Source: an uncultured Dehalococcoidales bacterium
GTDB taxonomy: Bacteria > Chloroflexota > Dehalococcoidia > Dehalococcoidales > G020351185
Direction of reading: 5' to 3'
Assembly: GCA_964354125.1 (NCBI GenBank)
Contig: CAYGXW010000002.1
Span: 2,690 to 66,689, forward strand
DNA length: 64,000 nucleotides
Shown: positions 37,052 to 45,906 of the stretch, piece after piece
Position numbering within the stretch: position 1 is the first letter of the stretch
How the letters are laid out: each line of letters starts with the position of its first letter
The notes under the pieces: generated by a model
Told to the model about the DNA's origin: nothing
The model's input: the letters and a program-made list of their open reading frames with translations, nothing else
Databases searched by the model: none
Position numbers and translations under genes: made by a program

Positions 37052-37270
37052 ATGGAATATGAGATAAAAGAAGAGAAGGCACCCGGCCGGGAAAAGGTTA
37101 AGGTTCTGGGAGCAACCTTTGAAGAAGGCAAACCCGAGGGAGAGAATGCCGGCCGGTGGCGTCAGAAACTGAGAAACAGGCAGGAACAATTAAAGTACCT
37201 CCAAGCCGGTGAAAGATACTGGTATGGCCAGGAGTGGTATGGCAGTGAAAAGAGAAAGAATCCGGCATAG
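37052..37270 (+). CDS. small charged hypothetical protein inside the acs cluster
   Basis: 72 aa with GGAGGGG 7 nt upstream. No family recognised. Trp/Tyr-rich C-terminus (ERYWYGQEWYG). Confidence 0.4.
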   Translation: MEYEIKEEKAPGREKVKVLGATFEEGKPEGENAGRWRQKLRNRQEQLKYLQAGERYWYGQEWYGSEKRKNPA

Positions 37271-37284
37271 GCTAGGAGGCACAA

Positions 37285-38235
37285 ATGACGTCTGAGATTC
37301 CCAGGATATCATACAGCGGCAGAATCAAGGAAATAACACTGGGCAAAGGGGATAAAGCAGTAACCGTCGGAGGTGAGACATCCTATCCATTTCACCTTTT
37401 TGAAGGAGATATGCCCAGACTGCCCAGAATAGCTATGGAGGTATATGATGCACCGCCCGATAACTGGCCTGAGACGGCACTTGAACCCTTTACCGGTGTA
37501 ACCGATGACCCGGTTGCTTGGGCTAAGAAGTGTATCAATGACTACGGAGCAGAGATGCTCTGTCTTCAACTGGAGAGTACTGACCCCAATAGACTTAATC
37601 GCGGGGCGGATAAAGCCGCTGAGGTAGTCAAAAAGGTAGCCGAGGCTATAGCTGTTCCTTTAATCGTCTGGGGGACCGCCAACCATGATAAGGATACCGA
37701 AGTATTGAGAAAGGTCTGCGAAATCTGCCAGGGGAAAAACCTGATAATAGGCCCGGTTGAAGAGGGAGATTACAAAAAAATTGCCGCCGCCGCCCTTGGC
37801 TATGGTCACACTGTAGTCGCTTCAACCCCGATAGATATAAACCTAGCCAAGCAACTTAATATCCTTCTTGGCAATCTTGGGGTTCCTGATGACAAGATAA
37901 TAATAGACCCGACCGTCAGTGGTATAGGTTACGGTATTGAATACGCCTATTCAGTAATGGAGAGGATAAGAATGGCGGCACTGACCCAGCAGGACGAAAA
38001 ACTTCAGTTCCCTATTATCTGTAATATAGCCCGAGAAACCTGGAAGACCAAGGAGGTAAAAACCCCAACCGAGGAAGAGCCCAAGCTCGGGGATAGCAAA
38101 AAACGGGGTATCCTGATGGAAGCTATGTCAGCCATGGTCTTGCTCTTAGCCGGTGGTGATATCGTAATTATGAGGCACCCTGAGGCAATAAAGTTGGTCC
38201 GGGAAATGATAGACGAGCTTTCAACCACCAAATAG
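37285..38235 (+). CDS. acsD: corrinoid/iron-sulfur protein small subunit (AcsD/CdhD-like)
   Basis: 316 aa with a TIM-barrel-type AcsD N-terminus (ITLGKGDKAVTVGGETSYPFHLFEG). Sits in an acs context. Confidence 0.85.
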   Translation: MTSEIPRISYSGRIKEITLGKGDKAVTVGGETSYPFHLFEGDMPRLPRIAMEVYDAPPDNWPETALEPFTGVTDDPVAWAKKCINDYGAEMLCLQLESTDPNRLNRGADKAAEVVKKVAEAIAVPLIVWGTANHDKDTEVLRKVCEICQGKNLIIGPVEEGDYKKIAAAALGYGHTVVASTPIDINLAKQLNILLGNLGVPDDKIIIDPTVSGIGYGIEYAYSVMERIRMAALTQQDEKLQFPIICNIARETWKTKEVKTPTEEEPKLGDSKKRGILMEAMSAMVLLLAGGDIVIMRHPEAIKLVREMIDELSTTK

Positions 38236-38253
38236 GCTGGCTCTTAACTCTGT

Positions 38254-38282
38254 TTGCATTATTTACAAAATTAGATTATAAT
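38254..38282 (+). promoter_or_regulatory. sigma70-like promoter inside the acs cluster, upstream of fur
   Basis: TTGCAT-N17-TATAAT. Confidence 0.45.
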
Positions 38283-38283
38283 T

Positions 38284-38298
38284 AGTAATGATTATTAT
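38284..38298 (+). promoter_or_regulatory. Fur-box-like AT-rich inverted repeat
   Basis: AGTAATGATTATTAT contains the TAAT-G-ATTA palindrome typical of Fur-family operators. It sits immediately downstream of the -10 box. Confidence 0.35.
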
Positions 38299-38324
38299 TA
38301 GCATATAGAGGAAAAACTAGCCTG

Positions 38325-38702
38325 ATGACGAGAAAAACGAAACAGAAGGAAGCTATCCTAAGGGTGCTGAAGGACAACTATGAACACCCCACCGCCAGCT
38401 TGATATATGAGCAGGTAAGGCAGGAAATCCCACACATCAGCCTTGGGACTGTTTATCGGGACCTTAAGTCCTTAAAACAGGAAGGTAAGATAGAAGAAAT
38501 TAAACTTACCGGCAGTCTGAGTCGCTTTGATGGCAATAATAAAAACCACTACCACTTTCACTGCCAAAAGTGTGACCGAATTATTGATGTTGCCGAGCCG
38601 GTAGATAAGGCTATTGATAAACGAGTGGCACAAAAAACTGGCTTTGATATTTATTACCACTGTTTGGAGCTTTACGGACTATGCCGTGATTGCCAGCCCT
38701 AA
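38325..38702 (+). CDS. fur: Fur-family metalloregulator (Fur/PerR/Zur/Nur type not resolvable)
   Basis: 125 aa with an N-terminal winged helix (TKQKEAILRVL...SLGTVYRDL), HYHFHCQKC and a C-terminal CRDC. Confidence 0.85.
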   Translation: MTRKTKQKEAILRVLKDNYEHPTASLIYEQVRQEIPHISLGTVYRDLKSLKQEGKIEEIKLTGSLSRFDGNNKNHYHFHCQKCDRIIDVAEPVDKAIDKRVAQKTGFDIYYHCLELYGLCRDCQP

Positions 38703-38757
38703 ATATCAATGCTTTAGGAAAAGCTTTAAAAAACAAATAAATGCAGGAGTGAAATAA

Positions 38758-40728
38758 ATGGCTGAAGAAGAAAAGAAGAAGAGTATTGACCCAGCCAGCA
38801 CAGAGTTAATAAATAAGGCTTGCCATGCTGAAATTAACCTGGCCTTTGACCGTGCCCAGGCGATGAAGCCCTGCCCCATAGGTTCTGTGGGCAGTTGCTG
38901 TAGGAACTGCGGTATGGGACCCTGCCGCGTCCCCTTACCTAAAGGAAAAGAAGAAACCCCGCAGGAAAAGAAAAAGCGTCGTGGTATCTGCGGTGCTAGC
39001 GTTGAGACAATAGCTGCCCGCAATTTCGCCCGCATGATAGCCGGCGGTGCCGCGGCACACTCTGATCACGGACGGGCAACAGCCGAGCTTTTCATTTCAG
39101 TAGCCAAGGGAGAAGCCCCAGGCTATCAAATTAAGGATGAGCAGAAACTTCTTCAGCTGGCTCTGGACTTCGGTGTTGAGATTGGTAATCGCAGCAATCA
39201 AGAAATAGCCGTTGATGTTGGTAAGATAGCTTTGTCTGAGTTTGGCAGACAGGATGGAGAATTAAAATTTCTAAAAAGGGCGCCTATAAAAAGGCAGGAG
39301 CTATGGCGGAAGCAGGGTGTTGCCCCTAGAGGGATTGACAGGGAGATTGTGGAGATAATGCACCGAACCCATAGCGGTGTTGACCAGGATTACAAGAACC
39401 TGCTCAAACAGGGAGTCAGGACATCCCTAGCTGATGGCTGGGGCGGCAGTATGATTGCCACCGAGCTTCAGGATATCCTCTTTGGCACTCCGGCTCCAGT
39501 GCCAGGACAGATAAATCTCGGGGTGCTTAAAGCTGATGAGGTAAACCTTATAATTCACGGTCACGAGCCACTGCTTTCTGAAGTAATCGTCGCTGCCGCT
39601 CAAGAGCTTGAGATTATTAAGCTAGCCAAGTCTAAAGGGGCTAAGGGTATAAACCTGGCTGGTATGTGCTGTACCGCTAACGAGATACTGATGCGTCACG
39701 GAGTACCTCTTGCCGGCAACTTTCTACAGCAGGAGCTGGCTATTGTAACCGGTGCTGTGGACGCTATGGTGGTTGATGTCCAGTGCATTATGGAATCCCT
39801 GCCCGATATTGCCCAGTGCTTCCACACCAAGATTATTACCACCTCGCCCAAGGCTAAAATCCCAGGTGCTATCCATGTTGAATTTGATGAGCACCGGGCT
39901 ATAGAATCGGCTAAGGAAGTAATCAAGATTGCCATTGAGAACTTTCCTAAGAGGGGTTCTAATATAACCATTCCCAAGGAAAAAACCGACCTGATAGCCG
40001 GCTTCAGCCATGAAACCATTAACTACCTTTTGGGCGGTCTCTTCCGCGCATCTTACCGCCCGCTTAATGACAATATAATTAACGGACGCATTAGGGGGGT
40101 AGCCGGAGTTGTCGGCTGTAATAACGCCCGGGTTACCCATAATGAAGCCCATATTACCCTGGTCAAAGAACTGATAAAGAACGATGTTCTAGTACTTCAA
40201 ACTGGATGTAGTGCTATGGCTAGTGCCATGGCCGGGCTTATGATTCCCGAAGCAGCCGCTGAGTATGCCGGTAAGGGCTTGGCTTCAGTATGTGAAGCAG
40301 TGGGTATCCCACCGGTACTACATGTTGGTTCCTGTGTTGACAACAGCCGAATCCTGATGGCGGCTACAGCTATGGTTAAAGATGGCGGTCTGGGGGATGA
40401 CATCAGCGACCTTCCGGTAGCCGGAGCCGCCCCTGAGTGGATGAGTGAGAAGGCTATTTCCATAGGTCAGTATTTTGTCGCCTCAGGGGTATTTACCGTT
40501 TTTGGTGTCATTTGGCCCACCACCGGCAGTGAGGAACTAACCAATTACCTGTTCAAAAACTTTGAAGAGATTTACGGTGGCATGTGGGCTTTTGAGCCGG
40601 ACCCAATCAGGTCAGCGCAACTAATAATTAGCCACATTGATAAGAAGCGAAAGGCTCTGGGTATTGATAAGGCTAGGGGAAGGGTGCTCTATGATATGGC
40701 AATGCGTCGGGAGCTTGAAGCAGTATAA
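38758..40728 (+). CDS. acsA: anaerobic carbon-monoxide dehydrogenase catalytic subunit (CooS/AcsA)
   Basis: 656 aa with N-terminal D/B-cluster cysteines (CPIGSVGSCCRNCGMGPCRV) and CooS colinearity throughout. Confidence 0.92.
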   Translation: MAEEEKKKSIDPASTELINKACHAEINLAFDRAQAMKPCPIGSVGSCCRNCGMGPCRVPLPKGKEETPQEKKKRRGICGASVETIAARNFARMIAGGAAAHSDHGRATAELFISVAKGEAPGYQIKDEQKLLQLALDFGVEIGNRSNQEIAVDVGKIALSEFGRQDGELKFLKRAPIKRQELWRKQGVAPRGIDREIVEIMHRTHSGVDQDYKNLLKQGVRTSLADGWGGSMIATELQDILFGTPAPVPGQINLGVLKADEVNLIIHGHEPLLSEVIVAAAQELEIIKLAKSKGAKGINLAGMCCTANEILMRHGVPLAGNFLQQELAIVTGAVDAMVVDVQCIMESLPDIAQCFHTKIITTSPKAKIPGAIHVEFDEHRAIESAKEVIKIAIENFPKRGSNITIPKEKTDLIAGFSHETINYLLGGLFRASYRPLNDNIINGRIRGVAGVVGCNNARVTHNEAHITLVKELIKNDVLVLQTGCSAMASAMAGLMIPEAAAEYAGKGLASVCEAVGIPPVLHVGSCVDNSRILMAATAMVKDGGLGDDISDLPVAGAAPEWMSEKAISIGQYFVASGVFTVFGVIWPTTGSEELTNYLFKNFEEIYGGMWAFEPDPIRSAQLIISHIDKKRKALGIDKARGRVLYDMAMRRELEAV

Positions 40729-40758
40729 AAGCCGATATTAAGGAGATAGGGGATTAAG

Positions 40759-42963
40759 ATGTCAAAAATTATTGCCTCAGCAGCCATAAGAGGAGCCCAT
40801 AAAATTGTGGGACAGGCTGAGAAGAAATGGCAGGAGGCTATGGAGAAATGGGGAACCAGCGAACCGGTGGGCTTCCCCAATACTGCCTATTACCTGCCAA
40901 CAATCTACGGCATTTTGGGTATCAAGGTGGAGAAGCTGGGTGATATGCAGCAGGTACTTGAGCGGTGCCATTCACTGCTGCCACCACCGGTGCGCGAGAC
41001 TCACCCCCTGCCCTATCTGGCTCCAGCCCTTGACGCCGGTATGGCTACCTTCTTTGCCGAAGAGGTTATTGAAGCCATACGCTACCTTGAGCAGCCCGAT
41101 TTTTACACCAAGACAGAGGACCCGAATGATAACAATATCTGGCTGGGTGCCGCCGATGACATCATCCTGAGAAAGAGGGGCATTGAATTCGTTGACGGCA
41201 CCGCCCCTGGTTTTGCCGCTATCCTTGGTGCCGCTCCGAGTAATGAGATAGCCGTCAAGATAGCCCAGGAGCTCCAGCAGAAGAACCTCTATGTTTTTAT
41301 GTGTGCCGAGAATGATGGTAAAAGATTTTCGGAACAGCTGGTTAAGGCTGGGGTACAAATAGGCTGGCCAACCCGACTTGTTTCTTTCGGACCAGACGTG
41401 ACAGCCGCCGTCTTTGCCATGGGCTTTGCCACCAGAGTGGCTATGTCTTTCGGTGGTGTTGAGCCCGGTGATTTCAGGAAGAACTTAATTTATAATAAAG
41501 ACCGCACCTTCGCCTTTGCCATGCCTCTAGGCTATGTCACCGATGAGTGGTATGCCAATGCCGCCGGTGCCGTTAACTGGGGCTTCCCCACCATCGCCGA
41601 TACACCAATTCCAGAAATTCTGCCAACCGGAATCTGCACCTATGAGCATGTTGTCGCCAATGTTCCCCACAATAAGATAGTCTCCAGAGCAATAGAGGTA
41701 AGGGGGTTGAAGGTCGCTGTGGCTGAGGTACCGGTGCCGGTTGCCTATGGTCCTGCCTTTGAGGGTGAGAGGGTACGTGGTGATGATATCTATCTGGAGT
41801 GTGGTGGTGGTAAAACTCAAATGGTTGAGTGGGTTACCTCAAAGCGTATGGAGGAGGTGGAGGACGGCAAGATTGAAGTAATTGGTCCGGAAATAACCGA
41901 TATTCCCGCCGCTTCCAAATTACCTATGGCTATAACCGTAGAGGTCGCTGGCAGAGAGATGCAGGAGGATTATGAGCCCATTCTGGAGAGGCAGATACAC
42001 CACCTGATAAACTATGCTCAGGGGGTGATGCACATCGGTCAGAGGGACATTGCCTGGTTGCGGGTCAGTAAAGCGGCTGTGGAAAAGGGGTTTAAGCTCT
42101 ACCATATCGGTTCCATTCTTCATGCCAAGCTGCATCAGGACTTTGGCTGTATTTTTGATAAGATACAGGTAAAAATTTACACCGAACCTGACAAGGTAAA
42201 GGATATTATAGCCAAAGCCAAAGAGGTATATGCCACCCGGGATGTCCGAATTGAAGGCATGACCGACGAGACCATTGATATATACTACTCCTGCACCCTG
42301 TGTCAGTCCTTTGCCCCGAGCCATGTTTGCATGATCAGCCCAGAGAGAACCGGACTCTGTGGCTCTTATAACTGGATGGACTGTAAAGCGTCTTATGAGA
42401 TAAATCCCACCGGGCCCAATCAACCGGTAGCCAAAGGAGAAGTCATAGATGCCAAGATGGGGCAGTGGAAAGGGGTCAACGAGTTTGTCATCAAGGCTTC
42501 GCGGGGCAAGATAGACCACTATAACTTCTATAGTATAATAAATGACCCGATGACTACTTGCGGTTGCTGCGAATGCATTGCCGCTGTCCTGCCGCTATGT
42601 AATGGAATAATGACAGTAAACAGGGAATATACCGCTATTACCCCCTGTGGCATGAAGTTCACCACGCTGGCTGGTACCATCGGGGGTGGTATAAGCACAC
42701 CCGGCTTTGTCGGCCATGGCAAGTACAACATCACTCAGAGAAAATTCCTCATCGCCGATGGTGGTATCAAGCGTCTGGTCTGGATGCCTAAAATGCTAAA
42801 GGAGGAGATTGCCGACCGTTTCAGTGCTAGGGCTAAAGAAATCGGCGTTCCTAACCTTATGGATATGATTGCTGACGAAACTGTGGGCGTCACCGAGGAA
42901 GAAATCCTACCCTTCTTACAGGGAAAGGGGCACCCGGCACTAAGTATGGAACCTATAATGTAA
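40759..42963 (+). CDS. acsB: acetyl-CoA synthase (CODH/ACS alpha subunit)
   Basis: 734 aa with GFPNTAYYLP near the N-terminus and A-cluster Cys motifs (CTLCQSFAPSHVC...C, TTCGCCEC). Confidence 0.93.
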   Translation: MSKIIASAAIRGAHKIVGQAEKKWQEAMEKWGTSEPVGFPNTAYYLPTIYGILGIKVEKLGDMQQVLERCHSLLPPPVRETHPLPYLAPALDAGMATFFAEEVIEAIRYLEQPDFYTKTEDPNDNNIWLGAADDIILRKRGIEFVDGTAPGFAAILGAAPSNEIAVKIAQELQQKNLYVFMCAENDGKRFSEQLVKAGVQIGWPTRLVSFGPDVTAAVFAMGFATRVAMSFGGVEPGDFRKNLIYNKDRTFAFAMPLGYVTDEWYANAAGAVNWGFPTIADTPIPEILPTGICTYEHVVANVPHNKIVSRAIEVRGLKVAVAEVPVPVAYGPAFEGERVRGDDIYLECGGGKTQMVEWVTSKRMEEVEDGKIEVIGPEITDIPAASKLPMAITVEVAGREMQEDYEPILERQIHHLINYAQGVMHIGQRDIAWLRVSKAAVEKGFKLYHIGSILHAKLHQDFGCIFDKIQVKIYTEPDKVKDIIAKAKEVYATRDVRIEGMTDETIDIYYSCTLCQSFAPSHVCMISPERTGLCGSYNWMDCKASYEINPTGPNQPVAKGEVIDAKMGQWKGVNEFVIKASRGKIDHYNFYSIINDPMTTCGCCECIAAVLPLCNGIMTVNREYTAITPCGMKFTTLAGTIGGGISTPGFVGHGKYNITQRKFLIADGGIKRLVWMPKMLKEEIADRFSARAKEIGVPNLMDMIADETVGVTEEEILPFLQGKGHPALSMEPIM

Positions 42964-42978
42964 GGGAAGGAGTTTAAA

Positions 42979-44325
42979 ATGCCGCTTACCGGAATAGAGA
43001 TATTTAAATTACTGCCCAAGACCAACTGTGGTGAGTGTGGGGTGCCTACCTGCCTTGCTTTTGCCATGAGTCTGGCTGCCGGCAAGGCAGAACTGGCTGC
43101 CTGCCCCTATGTATCCCCAGAGGCAAAGGCCAAACTGGAGGAAGCATCGGCTCCACCCATCAAAGCGGTTACCATCGGCATTGGTAAGCGGGCAATAAAG
43201 GTCGGCGGAGAAACAGTTATGTTCCGCCACGAGAAGAGATTTGAAAATCCACCCGGCCTTGCCATAATCATCAGTGATACTATGGCTAAAGCTGAGGTTG
43301 ATAGCCGTCTGGAGAGATTTAATAATCTCCAGTATGACCGGGTTGGACTGACCCTCCGCCCAGAACTAATGGCAGTAAGGTGTGACTCACAGGATGCCAG
43401 TAGATTTAAGGCTCTGGTAACCAAGGTTAAGCAAAATAGTGAAGCTAACATTATTCTAATGAGTGATAACCCTGATATGCTGGCTATCGGACTAGAAGTT
43501 TGCGCCGACCGAAAACCCCTGCTTTACGCCGCTACCAAGAATAATATCGAGCAGGTAACGGCGCTGGCTAAGGATAACTCCTGTCCCTTAGCCGTTAAAG
43601 CTGGCAATCTGGAAGAGCTTGCCCAGCTGACCACCAAGCTTAGTCAGTCCGGGATTCAGGACATTATTATCGATTCCGGGGCAAGGACACTGCGTCAGGC
43701 ATTTGAGAGCCAGGTTATAATAAGGAGAGCAGCACTGGTGAAAAAGTTCCGCCCCCTGGGCTATCCCACCATTATCCTGGCTAATGAGATGACGGAGAAC
43801 CCGATGAAGGAAGCCTTGATTGCCGCTACCTTTATCGCCAAATACGGCGGTATAATAGTCCTTTCCGATTTTCAGGGGGAGAGCCTGTTCCCACTGCTGG
43901 TACTCCGATTGAACATCTTTACCGACCCACAGCGCCCGCTGGCTACTACCGAGGGTATCTATGAGGTTGGTGGACCTGATGAAAACTCCCCGGTTCTGAT
44001 TACTTCCAACTTCTCTCTTACCTATTTTATTGTCTCCGGTGAGATAGAAAATAGCCGTATTCCAGGCTATCTGCTGGTCAAGGACACTGAGGGGCTTTCA
44101 GTGATGACTTCATGGGCAGCCGGAAAGTTTGGTGCCGATACCATTGCCCCCTTTATTAAGAAATGCGGCATCGCCGATAAGGTTAAACACCGCAAACTGA
44201 TAATCCCAGGCTATATAGCCATTGAAAGTGGGGGTCTGGAAGAAGAACTGCCTGACTGGGAGATTCTAATTGGCCCCAGGGAAGGAGCCCACATCCCGGC
44301 TTATCTCAAGACATGGAAACAGTAG
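42979..44325 (+). CDS. acsC: corrinoid/iron-sulfur protein large subunit (AcsC/CdhE-like)
   Basis: 448 aa with the N-terminal 4Fe-4S motif LPKTNCGECGVPTCLAFAM. Confidence 0.9.
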   Translation: MPLTGIEIFKLLPKTNCGECGVPTCLAFAMSLAAGKAELAACPYVSPEAKAKLEEASAPPIKAVTIGIGKRAIKVGGETVMFRHEKRFENPPGLAIIISDTMAKAEVDSRLERFNNLQYDRVGLTLRPELMAVRCDSQDASRFKALVTKVKQNSEANIILMSDNPDMLAIGLEVCADRKPLLYAATKNNIEQVTALAKDNSCPLAVKAGNLEELAQLTTKLSQSGIQDIIIDSGARTLRQAFESQVIIRRAALVKKFRPLGYPTIILANEMTENPMKEALIAATFIAKYGGIIVLSDFQGESLFPLLVLRLNIFTDPQRPLATTEGIYEVGGPDENSPVLITSNFSLTYFIVSGEIENSRIPGYLLVKDTEGLSVMTSWAAGKFGADTIAPFIKKCGIADKVKHRKLIIPGYIAIESGGLEEELPDWEILIGPREGAHIPAYLKTWKQ

Positions 44326-44335
44326 GAGGGAGCCT

Positions 44336-45214
44336 ATGATACTCGTCGGGGAAAACATAAATATAATATCAAAGACCATCGGCCCGGCACTGAAGGAAAG
44401 AGAGCCAAAACCAATTCAAAAAATGGCTAAGGCTGAGGCTGATGCCGGCATGGACTATCTTGACCTGAATATCGGTCCCGCCCGTAAAGCCGGCGATGAG
44501 CTGATGACCTGGCTAATCAACATCGTGCAGGAGGTTACTGACAAGCCCTTATCACTGGATACGACCAACCCGTTGGCTACCGAGGCTGGCTTAAAAGCCT
44601 GCCACAAGAGGGCACTAATCAATTCCATATCTCTACAACCCGAGAGGCTGGAAAAGGTTCTACCCATGGTCAGGGAATATGATGCCTATATGATAGGTCT
44701 CATTTGGGGGATAGAGGGCATGCCCCGGGATGCCAATGAAAGGTGTATGCTGGCTGTTGACCTTGTTTATAAAGCCAACCAACTGGGCATCCCTAATGAG
44801 AGCATATGGATTGACCCTATCGTCACCCCGGTCAGCGTGGAAATAAACCAGGTAAAAGCCTGCCTTGAGTTTATGAGCATGCTGGCAGATATTGCCCCCG
44901 GCTGTAAATCCATTGTTGGCCTGTCTAATGTTTCCAACGGCACTCCGGCTCACCTGAGGCCCTATCTCAACCGCACCTACCTGGCAATGCTAATGAAGTA
45001 CGGGCTTTATTCAGCTATAGTTGATGCCTTTGACCAAGAGTTAATCAGACTAACCAGGGGTGAAATGCCAGAAATAGTTAAACTGGTACACCGGGTAATG
45101 GATGGTGAAAAGCTAGACATGGCTTCTCTAAGTCTGAAGGAAACGGAATATGTAAAAACCGTTCGCGTCTTAAGCGGTGAAACGCTCTACTCACACTCCT
45201 GGCTTGAAATATAA
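44336..45214 (+). CDS. acsE: methyl-THF:corrinoid/Fe-S protein methyltransferase
   Basis: 292 aa from MILVGENINI, a pterin-binding TIM barrel, with ATG 7 nt after GGAGGGAG. The ORF-track extension overlaps acsC. Confidence 0.88.
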   Translation: MILVGENINIISKTIGPALKEREPKPIQKMAKAEADAGMDYLDLNIGPARKAGDELMTWLINIVQEVTDKPLSLDTTNPLATEAGLKACHKRALINSISLQPERLEKVLPMVREYDAYMIGLIWGIEGMPRDANERCMLAVDLVYKANQLGIPNESIWIDPIVTPVSVEINQVKACLEFMSMLADIAPGCKSIVGLSNVSNGTPAHLRPYLNRTYLAMLMKYGLYSAIVDAFDQELIRLTRGEMPEIVKLVHRVMDGEKLDMASLSLKETEYVKTVRVLSGETLYSHSWLEI

Positions 45215-45222
45215 AAATATTA

Positions 45223-45885
45223 ATGAAAAGAAGCTCTTTAACCCCACCCAGCCAGAGAAACAATCAGCGCGGATACGAGCTGGCACTCAAACTGGCTAAA
45301 CAAAAGCTTGCCAGTATCAACCTGGAAGAGCAATGCCAAAAGGCCGGGGCTGAATTAAAGCTACCTGCCGGTAAGAAAATAATAACCATTGTTTATCTAA
45401 ACAGGGCTTACCAGATAATTTTGCCTGAAGCGGATGTTTCCCCGCTATGCAGCCAGGAGCCGGTTCAGCCAAGAGAGAAACTTTTAATACTCCATTATCT
45501 AATCCAAGCCAGTGGTAGCCCTATTACCAGCAAAAAGATAACCTATAAGGAACTGCCGGACGGGGCTAGCTACTTCCCCACATTTTACAAGAGAGCCATC
45601 AAGCCCCTAGTAGACAACTTTGGACAGGAACCTCAGAAGCTACTTGATACCGCTAACAAGCTTGGCGGTTACAGGGCAGATTATGGCGATTTATCCGTCA
45701 CCATCAATGCTTTCAGCCGTGTGCCATTAACCCTGGTCCTATGGCATGGTGATGATGAGCTTACTCCCGAAGGCAGCATCCTGTTTGAAAGCAATATATC
45801 TGGATACCTCTCTGCCGAAGATATAACCGTGCTCTGTGAGACTATCGCCTGGAGATTGGTAAAAATATCCCAAGTGGATAAATAA
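45223..45885 (+). CDS. DUF3786-like protein commonly linked to acs clusters
   Basis: 220 aa. Assigned by position at the end of the acs operon and recalled family resemblance. Function unknown. Confidence 0.55.
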   Translation: MKRSSLTPPSQRNNQRGYELALKLAKQKLASINLEEQCQKAGAELKLPAGKKIITIVYLNRAYQIILPEADVSPLCSQEPVQPREKLLILHYLIQASGSPITSKKITYKELPDGASYFPTFYKRAIKPLVDNFGQEPQKLLDTANKLGGYRADYGDLSVTINAFSRVPLTLVLWHGDDELTPEGSILFESNISGYLSAEDITVLCETIAWRLVKISQVDK

Positions 45886-45906
45886 CGGACTTAAAAATGT
45901 TTCTTT

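Noticed and set aside
41920-42519. 199-aa minus-strand ORF inside acsB. Similar long antisense ORFs occur at 39724-40152, 40972-41358, 47863-48372, 11230-11706, 3285-3698, 8287-8697 and 229-624.
   Set aside because: All lie entirely antisense to genes with strong family signatures. They have low-complexity or biased compositions, no RBS and no recognisable motifs. They are typical shadow ORFs.
38758-45214. In-frame stop codons (selenocysteine or pyrrolysine recoding) or frameshifts in the WL enzymes.
   Set aside because: All acs, fhs and folD reading frames are uninterrupted and of normal length. No SECIS-like requirement is apparent.
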